Part shown: piece after piece, positions 63,702 to 64,000 of the stretch
Numbering within the stretch: the first letter of the stretch is position 1
How the letters are laid out: each line of letters starts with the position of its first letter
Source of the DNA: Eukaryota sp. GEM-RC1
Taxonomy: Eukaryota
Assembly: GCA_040285855.1 (NCBI GenBank)
Contig: JAUFOQ010000001.1
Coordinates: 434,001-498,000 of the forward strand
Length of the DNA stretch: 64,000 bases
Direction of reading: 5' to 3'
Made by a program: the position numbers and the translations under genes
Notes under the pieces: model-generated
Seen by the model: only the letters and a program-made list of their open reading frames with translations
Told to the model about the DNA's origin: nothing
The model's database searches: none

Positions 63702-64000
63702 ATGGATAGCAACCAAAGACAACATACTACAATTGCCCTGGGAAGCAGCTTTGCAAACCAAGAAGACTTGGTCTATCAACACAATCTTTATACAGCTGGA
63801 CAAAAAGAAGAACTCGTGTAGTGAACAGCAGCAAGAAACGCTGGAGTGTTATATGCAAGACCAACAGCGATTGCAACTACCATCTACATGCATCTTCACG
63901 TCGTGATGACGGAGAGTTTACCATTACAGCTTTTGAAGAACACACTTGTCGTAGACTTGCTACTACTGCAACACTAACAGCCAAAACAGTTGGAAGATCG
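63702..64000 (+). mobile_element. MuDR transposase N-terminal DNA-binding domain, runs off the window
   Basis: LGSSFANQEDL...VVNSSKKRWSVICKTNSDCNYHLHASS...FTITAFEEHTC; frameshift in the A run at ~63802. Confidence 0.8.

Noticed and set aside
1..64000. rRNA, tRNA or prokaryotic operons
   Set aside because: None recognised; the gene and transposon content is eukaryotic.

Overview
AT-rich eukaryotic DNA, probably from a protist with intronless genes; the organism cannot be determined from this window. Bases 1-52042 are a head-to-tail tandem amplification: the end of one unit (1-2756), a 27.9-kb unit (2757-30638) and a 21.4-kb unit (30639-52042) that carries a 6.4-kb internal deletion. Each unit holds two BTB-coiled-coil-SPRY genes, and a fifth, diverged copy lies at 58231-59560. 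The rest is dense transposon debris: one complete hAT element with 24-bp TIRs and an 8-bp TSD, plus remnants of hAT, MULE, Tc1/IS630, pogo, Ty3/gypsy and RLE non-LTR elements. The most unusual signal is a decayed element family encoding a geminivirus/CRESS-type HUH Rep endonuclease domain with no visible helicase. The Rep is divergently transcribed from an unknown ORF across iteron-like TGTCA repeats and is associated with SET-methyltransferase and Ulp1-like protease genes. A terminus of this element sits exactly at the junctions of the tandem amplification. Many differences between near-identical copies are 1-bp homopolymer indels, so some frameshifts may be sequencing errors. All domain calls are by eye from motifs, not from database searches.
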